A stretch of 60,366 bases of DNA, counting the filler. It is 6 parts of 6 records of this genome, joined end to end, with 100 filler letters (N's around TTAATTAATTAA, not from the genome) between each part and the next. Parts side by side here need not be neighbours in the genome. Positions count along the whole stretch, not along the records: positions 1 to 14,636 come from SRR31156797_22319; positions 14,737 to 22,521 come from SRR31156797_22331; 4 more parts are not named here. One strand, 5' to 3'. Below the pieces are notes generated by a model. That model did not search any database. It saw nothing but the letters and a program-made list of their open reading frames with translations, and was not told the origin of the DNA. Below are positions 10,976 to 20,423 of the stretch, in pieces. The position numbers and the translations under genes are program-made. The first letter of the stretch is position 1. Every line of letters begins with the position of its first letter.

Positions 10976-11344
10976 ATTCCATCCTCCATGCTGCAAGTTG
11001 GGTTCAATCAGCTGCTTCAGTATTTTCCAATGGAACTCACAAAGAGTATATCATGGGAACTATTCAGCGAATAACAAATCCCCTAGCCTTCCCCTCAATC
11101 GGTAACTCCATTGTAAGAGAGTAACCACCTAGCAATAGAAGGCAATGTTTTCATTGCTAAAAATGATGACGCCGTAGACCGAAGCTTTACGCCGCCATCT
11201 TCTCGGTATTTTAGCAGTAAGGATAGGCAACCATTGGAGTCTCCGCTACCTACTCACAGCCAAAAACTTTGAACCTGACGCTTCCTGAGCTGATGTAAAA
11301 TGCAGGTTAGCTCAGTTAATTGTCAACGTTTTACGCCAGCAAAA

Positions 11345-12802
11345 TTACAGACCTAGTTTACCAGGATTCATAATTCCGGCAGGATCAATTGCTGACTTCA
11401 CCTTACTGAGTACCTGGAGGCTGTTGCCTAAACTATCAGCAACATATGGTAGCCTCGCAAGTCCTGATCCGTGATGATGGGAGATGGCCGCACCTGTTTT
11501 CACACATATTTCCATGGCGGTATCCCAAATCTCCAGCATCTTCTGTTCAGCAGCAGCATCGTCTTCTTCCTTTCCGAGCAGGATGATGTAAAGCGAAGTT
11601 CCCTGTGGATAAACGTGGGAGAAATGGCCAATCACTTCTGCTGCATATGGTTTGAGTGCTTCCTTCAACTCCTTGTAGGTATCCATGATACCATACCAGA
11701 AGTGAGCAATCTCGATGGTTTCAGCAAGTCCGCCAGGCTCGTTCAACAAATTCTCAACTGCAGAGAAATCATAACGACGCTTTCTCCAGGCCTCTACAGC
11801 CTCAGGACCTATTTTCACTCCGCCTTCCGCACTGCAAAGATCCATCACTGCTGCATATTCAGCCTTTGCCACAGCTTCATTACCTTCAAAACCGAGAAAC
11901 ATGACGCATTTGTCAAAAGAGTTATCCTGCATTGCATGACGAGCTTCATCAAAATCATAAAACCGAACCAGTGCAGGTCTAAAGCCGTTACGCATGATAA
12001 GGCGCATTACCTTTACTCCAGCCTCAACCGAGTCAAAAGTAAGTGCTTCCAGGATACGGGTTTCGGTCACTGGAAAAATCTTTAAAGTAGCGTCGGTGAT
12101 AAGTCCCATTGTACCTTCCGCACCCATAAATACATGACGCAGGTCAGGACCAACCGCAGCGCGTGGCACATTCATGGTCTCAACAATTTCACCGGTCGGG
12201 AGCACAACCGTAAAAGCAACGACAAGGTCCTCAATTCCTCCATACCGTGAAGAGAGCTGTCCCATGGCCCTCGTTGCCAGCCATCCCCCGACAGTAGAGC
12301 GATCCAAAGACTGTGGAGAGTGGTTCAGGGTGTAGCCGCGGTCATTGAGTTCTTTTTCCAGGTGATGACCGAAAATACCGGCTTCAACCTTAACCATGAG
12401 CGAATCCTCATCAATAGCGATGACCTGATTCATGGCAGTGGTATCAAGAATAATACCACCTCTCGTTGCCAGCCCTTGTCCGGTAACACTTGAACCACCG
12501 CCCCATGGAGTAACAGGCACTTTTTTGTTGCTGGCCCATTCTAACACAGCGGCAACTTTCTCAGCTGTCTTGGCTTCAATTACCACATCCGGAGCATAGA
12601 TTCGTTTCCCCTGGTTCTTCATTTTGGTGGCAACCGGCCATGTATCGTAACTGTGACTTTCAATGGAAGCATCATCAATCAGGACAGTTGACTCGCCAAA
12701 CGCTGCCTTGAGATCCTCTATCCAGGAAACATCCCGCTTAGACGCTGCAGCTGCAGCATTTGCAGCCACCATTTCTTTTACATTTGATATAGACTTATTC
12801 AT
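11345..12802 (-). CDS. FAD-binding oxidoreductase, alkyl-dihydroxyacetone-phosphate synthase-like (VAO/PCMH fold)
   Basis: PWGGGSSV, HSPQS...STVGGW, GPDLR...GAEGTMG, HFSHVY, HHHGSG, DPAGIMNPGKL. Confidence 0.85.
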   Translation of the reverse strand: MNKSISNVKEMVAANAAAAASKRDVSWIEDLKAAFGESTVLIDDASIESHSYDTWPVATKMKNQGKRIYAPDVVIEAKTAEKVAAVLEWASNKKVPVTPWGGGSSVTGQGLATRGGIILDTTAMNQVIAIDEDSLMVKVEAGIFGHHLEKELNDRGYTLNHSPQSLDRSTVGGWLATRAMGQLSSRYGGIEDLVVAFTVVLPTGEIVETMNVPRAAVGPDLRHVFMGAEGTMGLITDATLKIFPVTETRILEALTFDSVEAGVKVMRLIMRNGFRPALVRFYDFDEARHAMQDNSFDKCVMFLGFEGNEAVAKAEYAAVMDLCSAEGGVKIGPEAVEAWRKRRYDFSAVENLLNEPGGLAETIEIAHFWYGIMDTYKELKEALKPYAAEVIGHFSHVYPQGTSLYIILLGKEEDDAAAEQKMLEIWDTAMEICVKTGAAISHHHGSGLARLPYVADSLGNSLQVLSKVKSAIDPAGIMNPGKLGL

Positions 12803-12821
12803 TTTTAATCCTAACTAGTAT

Positions 12822-14459
12822 TTATTTGGCTGTGGGTTGAAAACGATTTGCATTAACCCATTCCGTATATTTCATTACCTGACTGGATTTTTCCTGCTCA
12901 TTCCAATCCAAGAGTTTCGCCATTTCACCTGCAACGCTGTCTGCAATCGCCAATCCTCCGTCACGACGCCAATAAAAAAGTGCTGCACGCCGCGTGAAAA
13001 AATCAGTTACCGTCTGTGCCATTTCATGCTTAACCGCATATCTCACTTCTGCGGCGATGACGTTGTACTTACCCATTTCAGCAGCAGCTGAGGAGTCGCT
13101 CTCTATTATTTCAGCTATAGTAAGTGCATTACCGCCATAGAGATTCAGCACGCGCTCTTTTACTTCCACTGGTAGGTTAAGCTGCCCCACTGCAGCTTGG
13201 GCCGCATGTATCTTGCCGGCATCACCGCCACTGATGGCCACCTTATTGGTGACACACTTAGCAATGTCGCTGAGTCCAAAATTATCACTTAACAACTCTG
13301 CAGCTTTATCAATCACCTGTTCCCCCATGACCCGTGCGGTTGTTAATTTACCGCCGCAAATGGTCAAGAGTCCTTTGGGACTAACAAAAATTTCGTGCTC
13401 CCTGGAAACAGCGCTGGCATTTCGACTGTCTTCGGGCGCTATAAGAGGACGTAACCCAGCCCAGGTCCCGATCACATGCTCGCGCCCGAGATTTCGTCCA
13501 GGAATGGTGTGATTGGCCACCTCCAGGAGATAATCTATATCATCTTCGGTTGCGGTTACGTCATCGAGTGACCCGTCATAATCAGTATCGGTGGTACCTA
13601 CATAGACCAGGTCTCCGTCAAAAGCCGGTATAGGCCACACGACCCTGTTATCTCGAGGAGCTCGCAGGAATACGGCATGCTTGAGCGGAAAATCTTTTTT
13701 ACTCAGAACAATATGGACCCCTTTTGTCGGCCGCAAACGGATATCGCTCACCCCATCTTCAAGACATCTCACCTTGTCACACCACGGTCCACCGGTGTTA
13801 ATCACCTGGCGAGCCCTGACCACACCTTCTTCTCCGGAGACCTGATCTTTTACTTTTACGCCTACAATACGGCCATTTTCTTCGACAAACCCAACCGCTT
13901 CCATATAGTTGGCCACATCGGCACCTGCTTCGGCACCCGACTTGATGGTATCTATGGTGAGCCGTGCGTCATCGGTCAGGAAATCGAAATAATAACCGCA
14001 TCCTTTGAGCCCCTCTTTGTTGAGATGCGGTTCGATTTGCAGGAGCTTTTTACTGTTAAGCATCTTATGCTTTCGAACCTTTGGGTTGCCGGATACCATG
14101 TCATAAAACATCAACCCTGCTTTCAACTTAAGCATTCCTTCCGGATACCCCTGATACTGGAGATAGAGGAAGGGACAAGGGTGGGCAAGATGAGGCGCAA
14201 GCTCGAGCATGAGCTCCCTCTCCCGACATGCTTCACGAACTAAACCGAACTCGAAACGTTCCAGATAACGCAAACCACCATGAAGTAATTTAGTTGAACG
14301 ACTGCTGGTTCCCCAGGCAAAATCATTCTTTTCAATAAGTGCTGTTTTGAGACCTCTCAGGGCGGCATCGCGTACGGAGACGCCGCCGGTAATTCCCCCC
14401 CCGACGATCAAAATATCATAGATCTCTTTGCTGAGGTCAGATGTTGTTGCTCTTCTCAT
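12822..14459 (-). CDS. glpD: FAD-dependent glycerol-3-phosphate dehydrogenase family protein
   Basis: DILIVGGGITG, GTSSRSTKLLHGGLRYL, DDARL, KGVH, GTTD, WAGLRPL, SREH, GGKLTT. Confidence 0.9.
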   Translation of the reverse strand: MRRATTSDLSKEIYDILIVGGGITGGVSVRDAALRGLKTALIEKNDFAWGTSSRSTKLLHGGLRYLERFEFGLVREACRERELMLELAPHLAHPCPFLYLQYQGYPEGMLKLKAGLMFYDMVSGNPKVRKHKMLNSKKLLQIEPHLNKEGLKGCGYYFDFLTDDARLTIDTIKSGAEAGADVANYMEAVGFVEENGRIVGVKVKDQVSGEEGVVRARQVINTGGPWCDKVRCLEDGVSDIRLRPTKGVHIVLSKKDFPLKHAVFLRAPRDNRVVWPIPAFDGDLVYVGTTDTDYDGSLDDVTATEDDIDYLLEVANHTIPGRNLGREHVIGTWAGLRPLIAPEDSRNASAVSREHEIFVSPKGLLTICGGKLTTARVMGEQVIDKAAELLSDNFGLSDIAKCVTNKVAISGGDAGKIHAAQAAVGQLNLPVEVKERVLNLYGGNALTIAEIIESDSSAAAEMGKYNVIAAEVRYAVKHEMAQTVTDFFTRRAALFYWRRDGGLAIADSVAGEMAKLLDWNEQEKSSQVMKYTEWVNANRFQPTAK

Positions 14460-14636
14460 TTTTTCTTCCTTGGCAATAACAACTCTAACCCAGATTTCTC
14501 ATGAGCCTTTTGTCATTTTCTGAAAAGGTTATTAGGTTCAATTTCATACTATTAAACCAACCAGATATAAAATTAACAAAATGCTCACCGAAGGTCAGTC
14601 CATCCGGTACCATCTTCTTCAGTATTTTGGCAGTAA

Positions 14637-14736
14637 NNNNNNNNNNNNNNNNNNNNNNNNNNNNNNNNNNNNNNNNNNNNTTAATTAATTAANNNNNNNN
14701 NNNNNNNNNNNNNNNNNNNNNNNNNNNNNNNNNNNN
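14637..14736. other. Artificial contig spacer
   Basis: N-run with central TTAATTAATTAA (stops in all six frames). Confidence 0.99.
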
Positions 14737-15521
14737 ACAAGGTTGAATACATCGGTTCTTGCGATACCGACACGCATGTAGGAGTCACTGTCTTCGAGTT
14801 CCATTTTATCGATAAGGTCAAGATAGGACGGAGTTGCTGCGGATTCGACGCCTATGACACTGATATTCTCGGTCTGACAGGCGAGTTTGTAATGCAACGG
14901 TGAATGAAGATGTATCTCCACATCACAACCGGCCTTCCTGGCAGAGCTGCATGCGATGTCCATTGCTTTGATAAGGTCATTGTCAGAGAACATGACCTGA
15001 GGATTGATACCGATACTTGGCTCGTCAATGGATATTGTTGTTATATTGAAGTCCCTGGCATTTGAAAGTGAGTTCTTCACAAAACGGTCGACACTTTCCC
15101 CCAGCAGGTTAAGAATATCAACATACTCGGTACCGCCGAATTCCTTGAGATAGAGTTCAAGGGGACCAGTAACACAGACTCGGACATCCAGCTTTTCCCC
15201 GTGTTCTTCCCTGTAGGCCTTTGCAACTGCCTCTATGGCTTCGAGTTCGATGATACGGGCATCCGAGTTCTTCACTTTGAACGGTTCTTCGGTGCAGTTT
15301 GTGTCCTTGATAATGCTAAGGAACTGTTCGTTCATATCCTGATACTGGGGATATGTCGGTACTTCCACACCTGCCTCAACTTTCTTCATGAAAGCATCGT
15401 TAATGACCTTGAATAGCTCTGAATCACTTTTCTTCTCAGAGAACTTTCCGGTCATCCATTCTTTAGATGTACCTTCCGGAAGAGGAAAACTGCCAATATC
15501 GTCAAAGATGATCTCTGCCAT
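14737..15521 (-). CDS. Archaeal core (folate-independent) methionine synthase, 3'-truncated
   Basis: DDIGSFPLP, YPQ, TGPLEL, SIDEPS motifs of the MetE catalytic barrel; no N-terminal folate-binding barrel. Confidence 0.75.
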
Positions 15522-15613
15522 GCCAGTGTTATTCGCCTGTATTTCACTTATAAGTTTTGAGTGATGACAGGATTCTTAGAATTCTTTGTAACTTCAGTTC
15601 CAGGATTTATCTG

Positions 15614-16018
15614 TCATTTCAGGTCAGCGAATATCTCATGGATATTACCGTCGGGGTCTGAGAAAAGCGCAGTCCTCTGGCCCCACTCCATATTCTCCGG
15701 TTCCTGAATAGGGAGAGCACCTTTTGATATTATATCCCTATAAGACCTGTCTACATCCTCAGCATCACTGCATGGAAAGGCCAGTTCAAATGCCTGTCCA
15801 GTACTCTGTAGTTTGTAATCCTCGCTATAGTCATACATGACCTCCCTGCGACAGATCGCAAATCTTACATTCTCACTTTTAAATTCAACATAGTTTCCAA
15901 GATCTGTTTCTATCTTAAATCCGAGTACTTCAGAGTAGAACTGAACCATAGGAGCTATATCATCTGTCCAAATTGTTATTAGATTAATCTTTGATTCCAT
16001 ATTGTTCCCCTTATACAC
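15614..16018 (-). CDS. VOC/glyoxalase family protein
   Basis: FYSEVLGF, ELAF, WGQRTALFSDPDGNIHEI. Confidence 0.9.
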   Translation of the reverse strand: MYKGNNMESKINLITIWTDDIAPMVQFYSEVLGFKIETDLGNYVEFKSENVRFAICRREVMYDYSEDYKLQSTGQAFELAFPCSDAEDVDRSYRDIISKGALPIQEPENMEWGQRTALFSDPDGNIHEIFADLK

Positions 16019-16068
16019 CTAGAGCAACATAGCATTTGAGTATAACTTATAAATAAACGGAAAAAATA

Positions 16069-16376
16069 GGCTCTGTAGAAATCCTCATTTAAATGCAGAA
16101 ATGAAGTTTAAGCAACAGATAAATATATTCATATTTTAGGCTCGTGCCGGCTTCGCCGGGACCCTTCGGAATGATTTTAGTTATTCTTGACTTCCTATTA
16201 GCCAAATTTAATGTTCCCTGCACCCCTGTGTTTCTAATATATCTGCAAAAAATCATTACAAACAAACAACAACGCGACTACCTTCCGAAGGCGGCGCTTT
16301 CCTTCGCTGCTATCCAGAAGATAATTGAAACAATGCAGTTGTAGAAAATTGTAATTAGCAGGAATTCTACAGATCC
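16069..16376 (+). mobile_element. MITE-like element, copy A
   Basis: Ends GGCTCTGTAGAAATCCT / AGGAATTCTACAGATCC; internal GTGCCGGCTTCGCCGGGACCC core shared with the other copies. Confidence 0.8.
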
Positions 16377-16448
16377 AAAAAACGAGGATTGAATCTGTGG
16401 AGTGCGAATAAAAGTAAAAACAGGGAAACAACGACAATTTTGGCGTCT

Positions 16449-16754
16449 TTACTTCTTTAAACTAGAGGAAATTTTTGAAACGTAATAATTGATGCACATC
16501 TGAGAATAATCCAGAGAACGTGATGACATTTGAGAAATAATCTCATCTTCATTCCTTACAGCTTTCTTTTCAGCTTTTGGGATACCATACATCTTACGAT
16601 GTTTGGAAACTTTCTGAAGCATTATGTTCTGAAGTTCTACGACATCAAACTTCTCTTCAGGAGTAAGCTCTTCAAAGCCCTGCTTCAGGGACCGAAGATC
16701 ATCTATGTCCTCATCAGCCGTCTTAATATTTAGTATCGGATTTTTCAATTCCAT
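16449..16754 (-). CDS. Hypothetical protein
   Basis: 101-aa charged ORF with ATG start; no recognised motif. Confidence 0.5.
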   Translation of the reverse strand: MELKNPILNIKTADEDIDDLRSLKQGFEELTPEEKFDVVELQNIMLQKVSKHRKMYGIPKAEKKAVRNEDEIISQMSSRSLDYSQMCINYYVSKISSSLKK

Positions 16755-16844
16755 TCATACCACAATTTGTATTATGAATTTGAGGCAGATATAGTTTCTG
16801 AAAATCGTGTCTGTTTAATAAATAAGAAGTAATGAATATCAATA

Positions 16845-16878
16845 AAAAATAGATGCTCCGGGCATCAACCCGGAGTAT
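16845..16878 (-). terminator. Hairpin plus T-tract downstream of the symporter gene
   Basis: CTCCGGG...CCCGGAG stem followed on the minus strand by CTATTTTTT. Confidence 0.55.
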
Positions 16879-16901
16879 TTTAAGGTATTCAGATTGGTAT
16901 T

Positions 16902-18836
16902 TCAGTAGTCATCTGACGGAAGAGTCAGAAGTAGTCCGACATTACTGAAAGACTCTGCAACCTGCTTGAAAGCTATCAGGAATTCCTTGACGCTAAGATC
17001 AAGATCTTCTGCCATTGGCTCTGCTGCAAACCAGATTTCTTTTTCACTTTCCCCACGGGTAAGTGAGACGCAGGCAAGCATATCTGCTTTTGTCAATCTG
17101 TAAACAGAGTCCTTTCCGGCAGGAGTTACCCATGACGGATGGATGGTCTTAAGATCATTTATGAATCTGTCCCAGTTGATTGTTGCAGATGCCTCAAGAT
17201 TGAGTTTGACAATTGCACGGTCTCCAGTAACCTCTTTCTCGATAACATTGAGAAGTTTCTTGTACTCTGGATCGGACTCGTCCACGATCATAGCTTCTTT
17301 CTCCAGCTTCTCTGCTTCATCAGAGAAGAACGGAGCAAGGTTTACAGTGCTTGATGGTTTTGTTGCCAGTGATACACCAAAGAAGGCTACTCCACTTGCA
17401 AGCATTCCAACAATTACACCATGGTTTGAAAGCAGAGGGTGAATGCCATCAAGATAAGCTGGTGCGAACGGAGGAGTGTTCATAACATCCACGACTGTCA
17501 GACCAATCTGCACTACTGCACCGACGATAAGTCCTGCAAGAGCACCTTCCTTTGTTGCACGTTTCCAGAACAAACCTCCCATGAGAGGGAAGAAGTATGA
17601 TGCACTGGCAATGAAGGTTGCAATATGAATGGCATCGATGATTCCCTGGATGTAAAAGGAAAATACAGTTGCAGCAAGCACGATGATCAAAACACTAATT
17701 CTGTTTATAGCCAGCATTTCTTTCATGGTAGCATCAGGCTTTATGTATCTCTGGTAGATGTCCCTTGAAAGACATGAACCACCTGATGTTGCAAAAGTAT
17801 CTGCAGAAGACATAGCGGCTGCAGCAAGACCGACACCTGCCAGACCAAGACCCAGTGGTGATAGGTTTTCTACAATGAAGACCAGCAATGCCGGCTCAGC
17901 CATAGCCATGGCACCCATACCTATATCGGCAAAAGAGGCGGGAATCTCAGGGTAAAGATGGTTCAAGCCTATTGCTATGATGGTACAGGCAATACCGAAA
18001 ACGATGAAAATAAGGAAAGAACCAAGGATCATACCGTTCCTTGCAGACTTCTCATCCTTTGCAGCCCAGACCCTCTGCCACGGATCCTGTTCCGTTACCC
18101 ATCCAGGTATGATTGCGAAGATGAATATCAGCACAGCAGGAAGACCTATTATCATCGGATTCCACCATTCGGACGGAACACTTCCAAAGAGGGCAGATGA
18201 GGTCACAGAGGCGATATCATCGGTCCCGGCAGTTGCAGCGCTCACAACGATTAGTGCCATGGCAAGAGAGAACGTTGCCAGAAGGACAAACTGGATCATA
18301 TCAGTCCACACAACAGCAGAGAATCCTCCAAGAGTTACATATAAAGAGATTGCAAGAGCCACAATAGCTGCAGCATATATTGGTGGAAGGCCAAAGAATA
18401 TCTCAAGTACTAGTGACAGACCTTTAATGTCAGCCACTGCAAAGAGGATCATTACAATTGCAATGATAATTGCAACAGGTCCACGTAGGGTGCTGCTGAA
18501 CCTCTGTTCAAGCAGTTCCGGCTGAGTGATCGCTGGAAGATGCTTAATCTTACCAACAAGCAGGGCGATAAGCAGCAATGCAAGGATGTTCGGAGCTACA
18601 AAGCCCCATATTGAACCCATTCCCAGCAGCATGTAAAATCCGATGACTGCCAGGATACCACCTGCCGTCATCCACGAAGATGCTGCCGAAAAGCCGATTC
18701 CTAATGCGCCGATCTTACGGCCGGCAAGCCAGAAGTCAGTTACTGATTTCTGACGTTTTGTAAAATACAAGCCTATGCCTATCAGTCCAAGTACGTAGAC
18801 TGCCATTAATATAAGAAATATTTGATAACTGTCCAT
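16902..18836 (-). CDS. Sodium:solute symporter (SSS/PutP family) with extra C-terminal soluble domain
   Basis: DFWLAGR, YVTLGGFSAVVWTD, QRVWAAKD, AAAMSSAD motifs; start moved to MDSYQ after SD GAGGT. Confidence 0.9.
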   Translation of the reverse strand: MDSYQIFLILMAVYVLGLIGIGLYFTKRQKSVTDFWLAGRKIGALGIGFSAASSWMTAGGILAVIGFYMLLGMGSIWGFVAPNILALLLIALLVGKIKHLPAITQPELLEQRFSSTLRGPVAIIIAIVMILFAVADIKGLSLVLEIFFGLPPIYAAAIVALAISLYVTLGGFSAVVWTDMIQFVLLATFSLAMALIVVSAATAGTDDIASVTSSALFGSVPSEWWNPMIIGLPAVLIFIFAIIPGWVTEQDPWQRVWAAKDEKSARNGMILGSFLIFIVFGIACTIIAIGLNHLYPEIPASFADIGMGAMAMAEPALLVFIVENLSPLGLGLAGVGLAAAAMSSADTFATSGGSCLSRDIYQRYIKPDATMKEMLAINRISVLIIVLAATVFSFYIQGIIDAIHIATFIASASYFFPLMGGLFWKRATKEGALAGLIVGAVVQIGLTVVDVMNTPPFAPAYLDGIHPLLSNHGVIVGMLASGVAFFGVSLATKPSSTVNLAPFFSDEAEKLEKEAMIVDESDPEYKKLLNVIEKEVTGDRAIVKLNLEASATINWDRFINDLKTIHPSWVTPAGKDSVYRLTKADMLACVSLTRGESEKEIWFAAEPMAEDLDLSVKEFLIAFKQVAESFSNVGLLLTLPSDDY

Positions 18837-19139
18837 GATTACAACCTCATAATAAATATTACATAAATCCAACATAGATTCAGCAGAATGACGCTGAAGA
18901 ACCCTATAAATGCAGTATAAACCTAATAGTGAGTAGTATATAAGGGTTTTCAAAAAATCAACTTGAGGTTTAGTCAATTTTATTTAACATTACTTTTTAA
19001 TCACATTCATATGACACTTATTTGGTATTGGATCTTATATTATAAACAAAATTAATTTGATTTTCTATTTTTCCGCAATATTCGGTTCATACCACACTCA
19101 ATACAAAATAATATTATCATTCAGATACTATTCTACTCC

Positions 19140-20423
19140 ATGACCCTTGAACCGGTTCACATTAAAGAGATACATGAGATGGTCGACCGTATCGATGTCT
19201 GCTTCAAAAAGGATGACAACGATGCCGATGACACTGAAAGGATATCGAATATCCTTGACCGCCTCAGGAAACTTGAATACGATGGAAAGGTCGTCCTGAG
19301 ATCAATCGGACCGGTGACGCGCGGGAAGGCAAGTATCGAGAGAATGATGCAGTCAGAGGATCCTTTCCCACTTACATATTCATGTGATAGTGGCAGCACA
19401 ACTGCAAAAACATTCGATAATGGACTTTATGTGGACCTCTGCCACTGTGCCATTGCAAGTACTCCTTCTGACCTCGATATCCATGATAAAAGGACCATAG
19501 TTGCAGCAGCATACACTGCAAGTGATAAAGTGTACATCAATACCAGTGATGACTGGGAATCATTCGATAATGGTTCAGGCAGGAAGAAGATAATCCGTAT
19601 ACAGCCGGGTCTGCTGAAGAAAAAGGTCACGGATATCCTGCATGATGTGTCACTCTATCTCAGCGAGTCCGAGCACATACTCTGGATGCTTGAACGTCTG
19701 GAAAATGAGAGTTTCTTCATAATGGATGGTCCCATCTATCCTAAAAGAGTCATGTACTGGATGGTGGTTGATTCCGGGGATGTTAACATAAGGATCGACC
19801 CCAATGGTAAGAGGATAATCCAGAACTATATCGACATAATGGATCACCATATCGAAAATAATAAACCTCTTGTGGGTTTTGTCAAGAATCCTGAGGACAT
19901 GCAGATAATGCTGGCTCTCAAGAAACAAGATTCCGGACTTGATATTCCCTGGCTTGTGGATGCCCAGTTCTTCAAAAATGCCCTGTCACTTGAAAGAACA
20001 GGCATTAGAAGAAAGGAAGCTGACAGATATATCACCTATACAAACTGGTTCGTCCAGCCCAACCAGTTTTATGAGAAGATGCTTAAGTCAACTTCCCCGC
20101 TGGTAGCAGACCTTGCCACTGGAAAGTTCGATTCAAATGACTATGCTCTCAGTTTCTTCGTGGCATATGTCCCGAAGCTCAATACTATTTTCAAGATCGA
20201 ATCACCCTATGGACTGGTCAGGAATGATGACATGAGGAACATGATAACCAGAAAGGTGCTTTACGATCTGGCACTGGGCGGCATACCAAAGACCCTGTCA
20301 AAAGCAGACACCATAGCAAAGATACCTGTGTCGGAAAGGAAGCATATTGTAAACAGGTTCAGAAACTCCAGAATAGATACTAATTATAATGAAATAAGGT
20401 GGGATGAGAAAGATGAGAGATGA
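19140..20423 (+). CDS. nurA: NurA-family 5'-3' nuclease
   Basis: Acidic motifs CDSGST, ESEH and IMDGPIYP, GFVKNP; overlaps the herA start. Confidence 0.75.
   Translation: MTLEPVHIKEIHEMVDRIDVCFKKDDNDADDTERISNILDRLRKLEYDGKVVLRSIGPVTRGKASIERMMQSEDPFPLTYSCDSGSTTAKTFDNGLYVDLCHCAIASTPSDLDIHDKRTIVAAAYTASDKVYINTSDDWESFDNGSGRKKIIRIQPGLLKKKVTDILHDVSLYLSESEHILWMLERLENESFFIMDGPIYPKRVMYWMVVDSGDVNIRIDPNGKRIIQNYIDIMDHHIENNKPLVGFVKNPEDMQIMLALKKQDSGLDIPWLVDAQFFKNALSLERTGIRRKEADRYITYTNWFVQPNQFYEKMLKSTSPLVADLATGKFDSNDYALSFFVAYVPKLNTIFKIESPYGLVRNDDMRNMITRKVLYDLALGGIPKTLSKADTIAKIPVSERKHIVNRFRNSRIDTNYNEIRWDEKDER

Noticed and set aside
16144-16437. Short ORFs inside repeat copies (also 22267-22569, 59206-59449)
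   Set aside because: They lie within the MITE-like elements and frames are not preserved between copies; likely spurious
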